A stretch of 64,000 nt of DNA. It comes from Felis catus. Lineage: Eukaryota. Of this stretch, positions 33,228 through 45,696 are shown in pieces; position 1 is the stretch's first letter, and each line of letters begins with the position of its first letter. The position numbers and the translations under genes are program-made. The stretch lies in NCBI RefSeq assembly GCF_018350175.1, contig NC_058374.1:132246001-132310000 (forward strand). Reading direction: 5' to 3'. A model generated the notes under the pieces. That model was not told the DNA's origin. It was given only the letters and a program-made list of their open reading frames with translations, and ran no database searches.

Positions 33228-34939
33228 TTTGAAGTGCCATTTGCACAGGCCCAAGCAGATTGGTGGAGAGGAGTTCCCTCCTCCTCCTCCCAGGAAATGG
33301 CTTACTATCACTGACAGTGCCCATGGACCCAAGGTCCTGCTCGTGACAATCAGGTTGGCTGTAACTTCTGGCTGGTGGTGGTTGGAATGTCATTGTGCAG
33401 GGGTAAGGAGCTCCCTGTGGTGCCAAGCAGGTCTGGTGTGGAAAATGGTGCAGAAGAGACTGCAGCCAGTTGCCGAGAGGGTGTAATGCAGTAGCCGCTT
33501 GGTGGCCTCTGTTACTCAGCATAAAAAACGGCCTTGTTGGATTGAAGATACATGTGCAGAAAAAGTGCTGGTGTAAACATGCACTCCAGTCACAGTGGGG
33601 AGAAAGCCTCAGCTTCGTCCTGTCAAGCCTGCTCAGTCTTGACGCGCAAGCCCCAGGCTGGCTTTGCCGCTGGAGAGGCTGGAGAGGCGTGTGGCCAGCG
33701 GGGCAGCTCTCAGACCTGCCAAGACCGTCGATGTGTAAGCGGCAGACAGGCCATCCCCGCCCGCCCACCCGCCTCGAGGCAACTACGACCACTTTGGTGA
33801 CGCGCTATGTGGTACACTTCCCCTCCTTCTCTTCTGTTTTCCAAAGTTACAGGAGAAAAGTGGCCTACAACTATTTCAAGAGGTAGGGGGTAGGTCAACT
33901 TTCAGTTGACGTGTAAGGGAAACTAAAGACATGACAGATCCAGGTCCTCTAACATGATGCACATAAACACCCAACTTGAGGGCTCTGATTCTTGTCACTA
34001 TAGGGACTCAGCCTGGGACTTCTACCAGTTCTAGCTGCTCTTAGTCTCTGAGAAGCTTGTCTTCACAATACTTTCCTCACCCAGCTGTGTCTCAAACTAG
34101 TGGAATTTGCTATCAAAAGCAGACTTGTTGTTTCCTGACTTTGCCAAAGTGTGTCAACTGGGAAAACTGCCCTTTTGCCTGTCTTGTGCCCAGAGCCCCC
34201 CTAAATCAATGTAGTGAAGTGGCAGGGACAACGCTGGAGCGAGGCGGACAGGCCCCCCGGGCCTGCCCCAGTCTGGCTTCCGCCACGTCCTCTTAGGTAT
34301 CTAGCTCACCCTGTCACACTAGAATATTGCAGGCCTCGACCACCCGGCGTGGAACACTAGAGAACTTTTCATTATAAGACTCCAAGGATGGCCGTTGACC
34401 ACCCTTAAAAATGGGGGTAATGGGTGGCATTAGGGGTTGGAGACGGCATGCTGTACCACTGCTGGCGTTTTGGAGATGGTTTCCTGAGAGGCCCTTCTGC
34501 TCTGGGTCCGTCAAGCCAGTCGCGTGGGCTTCGCGTGTACTAGGTCTTCAGACCCACTGGTTGCCAGGAAAGGGGAAGTGGAGGCAGCATCTCCAGGTGA
34601 GTCACAGCAGCAGTGAACTCCAGCAGAGCCTCTGTCAAGTTCTCGTGGGAATGGGGAAAATAAGCTGGGACCCACCTTCCTTTCTCCTCTCTGAAATAAA
34701 ACAAGGGTCTTCCAGAGCTGGCCCTAAGCACACAGAGCTCCTACCTTCCTTTCCCAGGAATGAGTAACGCTGGTTGCTTCTCGTAACAGTCCACACATCT
34801 GTCCTATTGCACTGTCAAATCTGAAGGGAAAACCCAGTGAGATGTTTGGGGAAGTGGCAGGGGCAGACCCGCTGTATAGGCCACAGCACGTTACAGACGA
34901 TTTCGGGGCTGAGGTGAGGGAAGGATGGGTAGAACTGCG

Positions 34940-35039
34940 TTATACATCAGCCCTCCAACTCTGATGGGCCTCCACCTCTTCTGGTACCACCAGCAGGAGT
35001 TCACAGTTCTTTCCTCGCAAGTGATGTTTTAGAAATTTC
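34940..35039 (-). CDS. JOSD1: JOSD1 last coding exon (100 nt; [33 protein letters not shown])
   Basis: Acceptor gttcccacAG (35041-35040), TAA stop at 34942-34940. Confidence 0.96.
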
Positions 35040-35269
35040 CTGTGGGAACAACGGGTAGATGAAAGAGAAGATGAAATGCCGGTAAAACTGCAAATTCCAG
35101 CCTCGGCCATGTGTTCACCAGTGACCTCCTCAGCTATACCCTCGGCAGGCCCCAAACTCTCGAGTAGGGATCTGTTCTTGCAGCTTCAGCAACTGGCTAC
35201 CCCTCGATCTGGCCACTTAATTTCCAAGCTGAATTTTCACTCATTCTCATATAGAACTGCCAAACTATC

Positions 35270-35381
35270 GGGGCACCTGGGTGGCTCAGTCGGTTGAGCA
35301 TCCAACTTTGGCTCTCGCAGTTGGTGAGTTTGAGCCCTGCATCAGGCTCTGTGTTGACAGCTCGGAGCCTGGAGCCTCTTT

Positions 35382-35439
<58 letters not shown>

Positions 35440-35473
35440 TGTCTCTCTCTGCCCCTCACCCACTTGCATTCTG
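35270..35473 (+). mobile_element. CAN-SINE with (TG)n expansion (~35386-35438), truncated by a gap
   Basis: SINE head and body; about 26 TG units in the (CT)n region. Confidence 0.9.
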
Positions 35474-35602
35474 NNNNNNNNNNNNNNNNNNNNNNNNNNN
35501 NNNNNNNNNNNNNNNNNNNNNNNNNNNNNNNNNNNNNNNNNNNNNNNNNNNNNNNNNNNNNNNNNNNNNNNNNNNNNNNNNNNNNNNNNNNNNNNNNNNN
35601 NN
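35474..35602. other. Assembly gap (129 N)
   Basis: N run. Confidence 0.99.
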
Positions 35603-35943
35603 TCTGGGAAATTTAGCCCTCTCTGGCCTGAATGTCTGTCTTCCTCCCTCTGAACTGGCAGCTTTACCATCAGTTGTCTGGGTACAGAGAATGCTACAAT
35701 GCCAGTCCTACCAGACCAGAGGGTCAGCATGCCGGGGGCTGGGGCTTCTCTACCAAAGGGACTTCCCGTCCTCATGGGCCATCAAAGATTTAGGTGTTTC
35801 AAGCCCGAGACCCTGTGATTCTAAGCAAGGCGGGGAGAGGATCCCAGGGGCTAGGAATTTCATCTCCTTCGTAGAGTAAAAAGAAAAAAAAAGAAAGACG
35901 GGCTCAACTTCCCCAACACACCAACGAAAGGAGCCCAGCATGT

Positions 35944-36075
35944 NNNNNNNNNNNNNNNNNNNNNNNNNNNNNNNNNNNNNNNNNNNNNNNNNNNNNNNNN
36001 NNNNNNNNNNNNNNNNNNNNNNNNNNNNNNNNNNNNNNNNNNNNNNNNNNNNNNNNNNNNNNNNNNNNNNNNNNN
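35944..36075. other. Assembly gap (132 N) covering the 3' part of JOSD1 coding exon 3
   Basis: N run adjoining SSLCWGP. Confidence 0.99.
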
Positions 36076-36151
36076 CGGACCCCAGCACAGGCTGGAGGGC
36101 AGGTTCATGATGAAGCCCATGACGTTAGTGAGAGCAATGGCACTGACATCC
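35957..36151 (-). CDS. JOSD1: JOSD1 coding exon 3 (visible 36076-36151: [25 protein letters not shown]; remainder, including the catalytic His and the Asn/Asp region, in the N gap)
   Basis: Acceptor ctccgcAG (36153-36152). Left end inferred from a 195-nt exon needed for 202 aa (185+129+195+100 = 609). Confidence 0.85.
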
Positions 36152-36271
36152 CTGCGGAGGAAGAGCGGCGTCAGGCTCCGAGGCTGTCCACGCCCCAAGG
36201 TCCCCCCGGGAGCACCTCCCCACGCGTGCCCGAATGACAGTCCTCATCGGGTCAAGCCTGGTTCGGGTTAC

Positions 36272-36400
36272 CTGCGCTTGTCCCACCAGACAGCTTCGTA
36301 GCCTTTGGTCTGAAGTGCTGCCATAATGACGTTCACATCGTAGTTCCCGTTTCCTAACATGCTCTTCTTGTGGGGCGTCACCATGGTGTTCGGAGACAGC
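36272..36400 (-). CDS. JOSD1: JOSD1 coding exon 2 (129 nt; [43 protein letters not shown])
   Basis: gtgcAG / GTAACC boundaries; Josephin motif GNYDVNV. Confidence 0.96.
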
Positions 36401-37062
36401 CTGCACGCGTGCAAGGAGCCGGGCTGAGACTCGTGGGCACGGCCGCCCGACCTCCTGCCCCACACGCCCCGGACACCTTCCAGCGTCCAGCGCAGCGCGC
36501 CCCCGCAAGGCCTGCTCCCCCCATTCAGGTACAAGGTAACTCAATACTTTACCGGCGTATTTTACAGTCGGGCCTCCTACTGCACTAGGGATTGCCTTTC
36601 TTCTTATGCAAAACATTAATTCAGTGGTGCCAGGGCCTAGCTGTCTGTCATCCAGAAAGTCACTGGACACAGACTGTACTCTTATGACGGAGTCTCATTT
36701 GTGAAGCCCCTGGCCTATCCCTGTCTGCGGCCTTCTTCACTGCAGACCTTCCTGCTTTAATACAGCCATTTTTTTTAAGCATTAGAAAATAGTAATTGAT
36801 ATTTTCATTTGCGTGGATAGTATTTTTTGCTACTCTTGTTTTTTTTACAGTTTAAATGCTTTCTATTTAAGGCTTGCACACTTGGTAATCATTAATCCTT
36901 AAATACTCCAAGGGCTACAGGAGCCCAGGCATGAAACAAAAATGTATGAACCAGGGCCACGTGTAAAGCACTAAGAACTAATAAGGCCTGTATTAAACTG
37001 GCATGTCTGAGCCACCTAAAGCATTTCAAATATACGTGTCTGGTTGTGTAAGTACTTGAATA

Positions 37063-37275
37063 AAAAAAAAATTTTTTTAAGCTTATTTATTTTGAGAGAG
37101 AGCGCAGAAGCAAGGGAGGGGCAGAGAGAGAGAGAGGGAGAGAGAGAATTCCAAGCAGGCTCTGCACAGTCAGTGTAGAGCCCAGCACAGGGCTGTATCT
37201 CCTAAAACTGTGAGATCATGACCTGAGCTGAGATCAAGAGCTGGAAGCTTAACCGACTGAGCCACCCAGGCGCCT
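37063..37275 (-). mobile_element. CAN-SINE
   Basis: Full body; TSD gaataaaaa. Confidence 0.9.
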
Positions 37276-37689
37276 CTGGAATAAAAAAGTTTTTAAAAAC
37301 TGAAACACAAAGAATCAACTGAAAACAATGTCTGTGCCAAACAAAACTCAATTATGGTCCATGCGCCCACCCCGCTCTGGGCCATTTTTGGCTGGGCCTC
37401 ATTAGCTACTCCTTTGTCTCCAGCAAGGTCAGCTCCGAAGGCACTTCCAGTCCCATTATTTGGTTTTCACAAGCTTGTCAGGCCGGGACTTGAGGAAAGG
37501 CCTTCTTGAAGGAAGGGCTGGATTCCTTTTGCCTGGCTGTGAAGGGCAGTGTGAGCTTCTTGGGAACAAACGTGGAGGGCAGTATCCAGGAGGCTGCTAA
37601 GGGCCAGCTCCAGAGGAGAACCAGGGCTCGAGGGCAACTCTGAACACTCAAGAACTCTTACAAAGTCGTTTTTTTTTTTTTAAACTTCT

Positions 37690-38580
37690 CTGTACACGGT
37701 GACCACACTGATATTTTTCAAACATAAAACATTCCTCCCACTGCTTAAACCTTCCAATGGTTCCCAAAGCACTTAAACACAATCTAAATGATTTGCTTTC
37801 TAGGCGAGGCCCTCAAGACACTGCTGACCTCATCCCTATCGCTGGGCACAAAGACCTTCTCTCTGCTACTTAAACACACAAAACACCTTCTCACCCGAGG
37901 GCCGCTGCACGTGCTCCCTGTTTCTACCACACTCACTGTTCTGCTGTCTGGAATGCTCTTTCCCTAGGTCTGCACTTGGTTTGCTCCTTATTATTTGGGT
38001 CTCAAGTGTTAGTGCCTTAGAGGCCTTTTCTGACCACCCCAACCTTCAGTTTCTTCCAGGCACCAGCTCTTACCCCGCCTGCTTTAATCACAGCCCCTGT
38101 CGCTACCAGACCCGTCTGGTTTTCCACACTAGAATGACAGGCTTCTCCATCCCGTTAGGGCTACCCCACCAGGACCCAAGGGGTGCCTGGCACATAACAG
38201 GTGCTCAAGGAATGTTTATTGAAACATTCACCATGTGTATCTTGTTGCTCTCTTTCTTGGGAAACTTTCGTAGCAGACCCTTCCAAAGAGCTTGTGTGCT
38301 TGTTCTCCAGAGCGAGCAAAGAAGAGGGCTGGAGGACACTAACCTTCACTCTGCAACCAGACTGCATCTTACCATCATAATAACTACTACTTATTGAAAA
38401 ATTTCGTGCCATGCCGTCCAATGCTAGATCCTTTCATATGTATCTCACTTAATTTTCACCAGAAACCCATGAGGCTGTAAGTTATTCCCATTTTATAGGT
38501 TAAAAAACTGAAGTTTGGTGATTTAAAATGACTGGCCTGTAATCGCTGATCTTATAAGTGACAGCACTAGGATTCGTTCG
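37690..38580. mobile_element. L2 (~37690-38220) and MIR (~38380-38580) fragments
   Basis: gcctggcacataacaggtgctcaaggaatgtttattgaa (L2 end); ttattcccattttataggttaaaaaactgaag (MIR). Confidence 0.6.
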
Positions 38581-40432
38581 TGCTTGGGTTTGTCTGACTC
38601 CGGTGCTGTGCTTCCCGTCTTGTGTCGAGGAGCCAAGAATCAGAGTGGGTGGTGGTAGCCGGCTGATAAGAGGAAGAGCTGGCACACCCTGGGGTCTGGG
38701 GCTAAAATGCAGCTTAAAAGGACAAAGGCCCTCAGTAGGCTCTCGCATTAAAATAAAAAAGCATATGGAAGCAAGCCTAGCTCCAGGTATACCAAGCTCC
38801 TACCCTTCCACCGATTTTCCAGTAGCTTCTCCCTACTTTCAGTGAAGTCTCTTGCCAGGAGATGCGTGAAGGCTCCAACAAGGAAACTTCCAGGTCTTCT
38901 ACCTTGTTCACCATTTTACTCCCTACCAAAACTTACAGCCACGCTTTCCCGAGGGTGCTCCCAGACGATCACAGAAGGTGTTCAATACAATAACGGCCGA
39001 ATGAATCAGGTAAAAAGGTTTCCTGCAGGAATTCCTAGAGCCCCGAATACGCGAATATTTACCTTGAGTCTTCAGGAGACAGGGTACATTGCGGTTCCCA
39101 AACATATCTGACCACACATTTTTTTGAGGTGCACCTTACAGGAGTTTCCTAGGGTCTCCTTGTCCCATACATTCTATCTCCGATTCCAACCTTCTCCTGT
39201 CTATTCCCATTGTCTCTCCCTGAACTGGAGCCTCCTTGCTCCATATCTGGGCTTTTGAAACAGGTTCCTAAATTGATCTCACTTCCAAACCCTCCTTCCA
39301 CCAAGTCCCTTATATGTTCCTGCCACATTCACCAAGGTACGATGTTCTTACTTTCATGTAAGAACTGCCCGCTGGCTAACTCCAACCCTCCCGGCCCTAC
39401 GGGGCCTGCTGTTCCTTTGGGTTTAGTGCACTTCAAACACCACGACCACACGGCCTCTATTCTCTCATCATATTTCCTGTTCCAAACCAAATCCTAAAGC
39501 TTCTTCAAGGTCAACCTCACATCCTACCTTTGCCACGGAATCTTTCCTGGCTCCTGTGTAGCAGAAAACACAGGGAGATGGGGAGGACTACACGTTATCC
39601 TAGCAACCAGCACCGGGACTAGTCGTGAGATTTAATCTCCATGCCTCTTAGCGTATCTGTAACAATGGGAACAATTCCCATTTTACAAGACCATTAGAGA
39701 ATTCCGTTGTCTTATACATGTCCAACCAAACAGCAAATTCCTGAAGCAAAGGGGATGGCTCTGCTACTCTGCAGCCCTCACAGCTAAGCAGTGGCAACGG
39801 AGTAAACATGTGTCGCCCAGATGATCAATAGAGGAAATGCTGAGCATGGCTTCCACCTCATTCCCAGGGTGGTCATTTGAATACGCGGGGTCCGTCCAGT
39901 GTGCCCATTCTATCAGTACTTGTTTTTACTTTAACGATAATCAAATGCCCACTGCGTCAGCTACTCTTATGAGGTTTCCCTCTTAATCCTTCCAATAGTC
40001 CTGAGAGGTTAATCTCACAGTGTGAATAAGGATGCTTACGGTGATCTGCACGATCACATATACAGCTGGTGAGTGGTCCAGCTAAGATCCAACCCCTTCC
40101 CCTAAGACTACGCTCAGCAGTGTCCTGGAGAGTTCAACACACTGGTCCCACTGAACTCCCTGGCATCCTGTTCTGTGATTGTTTTCTGGAGACTCCTTGG
40201 CAAACTCTTGCTCAGGACGGCCTTAATGACTCGGACAGAAGTTCTGGACTATAAAGCAAGCCTCTCACTTCTGTCGTCACAGCCACAGGTTAGAGCCAGG
40301 AGATCTGAAGTGATCTGTAAGTGAGAAGACAGGCTCTTGCCAGGTCTCACTAATGCCTGGGCCCTCAGCTGAGTTCCTGGTCCTCCCTGGAGGTTACCAC
40401 TGTGTCTGGCTATGGTGGCGAGTTCTGATTTT

Positions 40433-40476
<44 letters not shown>
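40433..40476. repeat. (AAC)n microsatellite
   Basis: About 14 AAC units. Confidence 0.95.
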
Positions 40477-41032
40477 AAAGATGTGGAAACATTCATGAAG
40501 ATTCCTTTCTCTCCTAATTAGGACCTTCCTTTTTATCAGGTCTGAAGAAACGTGCCATTAGGAAATAGGGCTCAGAAGAACTTCATGATGTATCTCTAAA
40601 TCATTAAATACATAAAGCACAGATCACAAGGCCAGGCACATAGATGTACTCTGCAGGTACTGGCGATGCTGATGTGTTTGCCTGGCCCTGAGACAAGATA
40701 ATTTCAATCTCTGCAGGCTAACATTCAACGCCATTTCTGAATTTACCACCACCACACCTTTAAATGTGGCCCCTTCCACCTGCTCAGGGACATTTTACTG
40801 GGGAGGCTGGATTTCTTTGTGGTAGAAAACGCTGGCTGTTCACCAATATCTAAAATCTCTTTGTCCCTTCCAGCTTGCATTAGATTTTTTGAGCGGTATC
40901 AGCTTTTATCAGTTTCTATTTAGATTTTAACAGCTATTTCACCTGGGGAAGGGATGTATAGCTAGCTGCAAGAACATTTAATCACTGAAAAATTGAGGAG
41001 AGTCTCGTGAGGATGGTTCGAGGCCTGAGGAT

Positions 41033-41248
41033 TTTTTTATTTTTTTTTAACGTTTATTTATTTTTGAGACAGAGAGAGACAGAGCATGAACGGGGGAGGG
41101 TCAGAGAGAGGGAGACACAGAACCTGAAACAGGCTCCAGGGTCTGAGCTGTCAGCACGGAGCCCGACGCAGGGCTCGAACTCACAAACCGTGAGATCATG
41201 ACCTGAGCCGAAGTCGGACGCCCAACCGACTGAGCCACCCAGGCGCCC
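41033..41248 (-). mobile_element. CAN-SINE
   Basis: TSD ggcctgagga. Confidence 0.93.
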
Positions 41249-42999
41249 CGGCCTGAGGACTTTCCAAGTAACTCTGCAAGGCTGCCGCTCTATCATTCAC
41301 TTCCCAATCTTTCCTTTTTCAACGCAGAGGAACACATACGATGAAACGTTCGGGATCAGACATCCACATCTGAATACATGCACCACGTCACCTGCCCAGT
41401 TTCTGAGCTTTTCTCCAATTTCACATGTTGAAAACTGATCCCTTTCAAAGCAACGACCTCTTTTGCCATCACTGCGGCGGTTACCACGATCTTCAAATCC
41501 TGGGCTCTGCCACCTTGACTCCTCTCTTCCCCATCCCCAGGTTCCTGCTGAGCCACTAGCTTTAGTTCTAAGTCCCTGCTCATTTCTATTCCAAACATGA
41601 GTCATCTCAAGTCCCATAACTGTACTGAAACTCCACCCTGCCTTTGTATGTCTTTTTTTATCTGGCTAAAAGCGAACTGCTCCGATGAACTTCCTCTCAA
41701 CAAACAGCATTCGTCAAAATTTTTCTCCCATTTCTCCCAGCCATCAGCCACATCTTCAAACAGGGACAGAACTTTGTATCCGGGAATTTGAAATTTTCTG
41801 GTTAAACCTGCCAATATTACTACTGTTTCCGTTAAGACCCAAACAGACCCTCTTTTTCCCCTCCGTTTAAACGGCTCTAAATCCCTCGGGTTTTAACTTC
41901 ATTTGAGTCTGTTCTCAAGGCCTGGTCAGTGTATGGCTCTGGGATGTACTTAGCGGCTGAGTCCTGTTCAACTTGTTTTCTCTACAGTGCCCAGCAGCGC
42001 TTGGCTGGCTGCAGGCAGCTCGTAAATCCTCCTTTATACAATTCTATTGCCTCTCCCTCATCTCGTCTCCCCTCCCTCTGATCCCTTTCACACTTTGTTT
42101 CCATTTATCCACACCAAATCTTTCCACCTAAAATACACAGAATTCCATCTCTGGAGTGGGCACAGAGTGTATTTTCTTACGTACTGGTTTGCAATTACTT
42201 TGAGATGGATCCTTACACTGTGCTGACAGGAAACTGGGGAGGCTGGTACAAATTTGCAAAAAGCTTTAATAGCCAGGAACAGAACTCTGGTTCCGTGTGA
42301 GTGTTTAGCAAATACTTCGCATTCTTTCATTCAGGGAAAACACAACTGAAAGAGTCCTGCAATTACCCGCAAACTGCTTATAATCATCATCCGTACCTTT
42401 GGGCCCAGGCCCAACATACTAGCAGGGTGAATGGATGCAGACGATGGAACTACTCGGACATATGCCTTTCCAGGAGACTCAGAAAGCAGCAGAGCAGATG
42501 TCCTGCTGTGTCCATCCAGACACTGCAGAACTAATTCTCAAACCCTTTTGATAAAAACAATTTTAGAACATCAAAGGAGACAGAGAAAGAGCTGAATTTC
42601 TATCACCCTGTCAGGTAACATGTTGCAAAGTGGGTTAAAAAAAAAAAAAAAAAAAAAAAAAGGCCATCTAGAATGAAGCGGAAAGGGGAAGAGATCTAGA
42701 GTCCATTTCAAAGCACAGCTTTGCTACTTGGAAGCTATTTGAACAAATTACCTGACCTTTCTGCCTGTTTCTCTAGTAAAATAGAGACAGTAAAATGCCT
42801 GCTGGGGAGGGGTATACAAAGCAATGCACAAAAAGCACCAAGGCCAGCACATGGCCTCATGGGAAAACTGGGCACGGTGTAGAGCTGAGCACCCTGCTTA
42901 TAAAACCCACAACATTCCACCTCTGATGGCAGGTGACTGAGCGTGTACAGATCTTGTCCCCTTTCCAGACTGTAAACTCTCAGACCAGGGCTTCAGAGG

Positions 43000-43230
43000 C
43001 ATTATAGCACAGTGGTCAACAGCACAGACACTAACCTGAATTCAAACTTGGCCCCATCTGTTGTTGTTACCTAAGGCCAATTACTGAACTCCTCTGAGCC
43101 CTGTTTGTACCCATAAAATGGAAATAACCCAAATTGCATGGGATCGCTGAGGACATCGCACGAGATGACACAACAGAGGGTCCTAGCACTATGCCCAGCC
43201 TACAGTAGGTGCTCAATAAATGATAGTGAT
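43000..43230 (+). mobile_element. MIR
   Basis: ctaaggccaattactgaactcctctgagccctg...taaaatggaaataa...gtaggtgctcaataaat. Confidence 0.7.
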
Positions 43231-43388
43231 TATTATTTTTCCCATTTCTGTGTCCCTTACATCTGCTAACAGCATCTAGCCAATTAATATGTTGGTTTGA
43301 AGGCTTACCTAGCGGAGCCACTGCCCCACCCACAGAAATGCAGAAATAGCAAAAAGTGTAAAAATGGCAAGGAGAAGGAGTCCCCTAC

Positions 43389-43573
43389 CTCTGGAAAATC
43401 TCTTGCAGCGTTTCCCGGGTGAAGGCGTTGCTGTCCTGGAAGACGTTATTGAGGGCATGCAGGGCACAAAGCTCCCTGCGCTGTTTCTCATGGTAGATTT
43501 GTGGGGGTGCTGCCTGGGGCAGCTCTACAGATTCAGACTTGGCCTTGTCTCCTTTCCATGGCACGCAACTCAT
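43389..43573 (-). CDS. JOSD1: JOSD1 first coding segment (185 nt; [62 protein letters not shown]); exon probably starts at 44221
   Basis: Josephin catalytic Cys motif [16 protein letters not shown]. Donor AG|GTAGGG (43388). Upstream acceptor gctgac...ttgtctcctccgcAG at 44223-44222. Confidence 0.96.
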
Positions 43574-44299
43574 GTTTTCGTTTTAGGCTCCAGAGAGGGC
43601 TGAAAACACCCCACCCTTCTTCCCTCCAGAGGAAGAATGTAAGTCAGCTTCTCAGTCTTTCCAGGATTCCTGAGGTCCACCTTATTTTCTGATGTCCATG
43701 ATTTATGCTTGGTCACGGGGAGAAGAGGTTGGAATCAAAAGGAAAAGAAAATCCACCTCTTCTCTTTTCAATAGGAAGATCACTTTTGGATTTAGTGTTA
43801 TTTCGCCACCACTGTCAAAGTGCAGAATTTTTTCAAAAATCATAGGAAATCTAAGACCTTGCTTCCCTCCTCCCACCCTCCCCTCCAAACACCCCCGACG
43901 ATTTGCTTGCTGTATTTTCCTCTCTGCAAATGCCAACCAGGCCTCAATGCAGGAGGACCGAACGGAATTGGTCACATCGCTCCTTTTCTTCCATTTCTTT
44001 CGAACCGCAACGCCACCGACTCAGGAGACAAGGCCTAGGTGGTGGGTAAAACGCAAAATTCGAGCAGCTAGCGAGGGCAGGCCAGCGTGGGATCGCGGGC
44101 GGTGCTGGGGCCTCGTAGGCGGCTCTCCATCCCCTCGGGTGCGGTGGGGCCCCGCAGGGCGCGGGCCGAGGCGGGGGCGGCTCCCTCCGAACCCGCGGAC
44201 TCTCACCCTCTCGCCGCGGCCCTGCGGAGGAGACAACTCCGGTCAGCTCCGGCGGTCGGGCGGGCAGCCTCGCAGAACCAGGCTGGCGGGCTAAGCGGC

Positions 44300-45250
44300 G
44301 GGGCGGGTCCGGCCCCAGCCCGAGGGAAGGTCCTGCGCAGCGACCGGCAGGCCCGCGAGGGGTGGGGTCGGGCCCACCCCGCTTCGCCGCCCACACCCCA
44401 ACCTCCCTGCCCGTCACGTGAGTGCAAGGCGACACGCCCTCCCGCCGCTGCCCCTACTCGCACCGCCCGTCGCCCCCTCACCGCTACTGGCCGCCACCTG
44501 ACGCTGCGGGCCGCCACCTGGGCCGCGCTCGGGCGGGCGGGCAAGCGCGCGCACCTGAGCCCGACGTCAGCAGCCCTCGCCGGGCGCGTGCTCCGGAAAC
44601 GCCCTCCTGCGCCGTCCCCGCTCCCGCCCGCCGCGGCGTCACCTATGACGTCAGCCAGTCGTCAGGCGGCGCCGGCTGCAAGGCCCCGGCTGCCACGGGT
44701 CGGCCGAGTGGGTGTGGGCAGCGCGGGGCGGCCTAGGGACAGTAGGGCCAGGGGGTGCGGCGGCTGCCGCCACTAGAGCTGGTGCGCGGCTCCCGGTGCC
44801 CGGGCTGGGTAGGGCGGGGCGGCCTGCCGGAGTCTCGCCTCGACGCCCGCCGCTCCCCACCCCTCCCCTGGCGTCGGCGACGTTCCGGGGCGGCGACCCG
44901 GCCTGCGGCTGCACTTGGCGGCTCTCCCCGCCCTTTCCCCTCTCTGGGCCAGGCTTCTCGAGCGGAGTGCTTTCGAGAACCTGGACTAGCTCCTCCTGCG
45001 TTGACCGTTCTATGTTTGTCTAGCGCGCTGTTCACCAGGTGATTTCAAAGAACCTTACTGATGCGGCCGGGCGTAAATTGTCTTGGTTAGTGGGCCCGCC
45101 GCCCCCCACTTCCTTGGGAGCGCTGAGGGTAAGTGCCTCGCCCGGAGTCACGTTTCAAGTGAAACAGAGTCCGATTTCAGTGCCTTGGTGTCGAATTTCG
45201 GTGCAATACACTGAGACCACTGTCCTCTCACCCTCGCCCCCTCCCCCCCC
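44300..45250 (-). promoter_or_regulatory. JOSD1: JOSD1 CpG-island promoter; putative non-coding exon 1 ending at 44555
   Basis: Very CpG-rich. Donor CAG|GTGCGC at 44554, CRE TGACGTCA 44646-44653, E-box GTCACGTG 44413-44420, GC boxes. Confidence 0.75.
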
Positions 45251-45469
45251 CCAATCTTACGGGGGGTTGACACAGAATCCTCTCTGGGTTTTCTCAAGGT
45301 GTTTTGTGTGTCAAGCAGGGAAACTCCCTGTCTTGCGTGAACTTCCCCCCCCCCCCCTTACCTAACTTCTAGGTCATGTGGAAGGCGTCATCCACCCTAG
45401 TTGCCCTTCTTCGGGATTTTAGTTGAGGGAATTGGAAAAACAATAAAAAATCATGCAATTCATTTCATT

Positions 45470-45516
45470 TTTTTAAAAAGATTTTTAAATGTTTATTTAT
45501 TTTAAGGCTTATTTAT

Positions 45517-45577
<61 letters not shown>

Positions 45578-45696
45578 CCCAAGCAGGCTTCTTGCTGTCA
45601 GTGCAAAGCCGGATGTAGGGCTCCATCTCCCGAACCGGGAGGCCATAACCTGAGCCCAAGTGGGGACACTTAACCAACTGAGCCACCCAGGCACAC
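45470..45696 (-). mobile_element. CAN-SINE with long (GA)n
   Basis: Full body. Confidence 0.9.

Noticed and set aside
35944-36075. JOSD1 or GTPBP1 as pseudogenes because of missing coding sequence
   Set aside because: The missing parts coincide with N gaps of sufficient size, and all visible exons are intact and in phase.
33028-36198. Long ORFs containing X runs (e.g. 254 aa at 33028-33792)
   Set aside because: Their length is inflated by N gaps; they lie in UTR or intron.
43692-44776. 200-aa and 229-aa plus-strand ORFs antisense to the JOSD1 leader and promoter
   Set aside because: GC-rich island sequence, no domain signature and no supporting splice or poly(A) structure.
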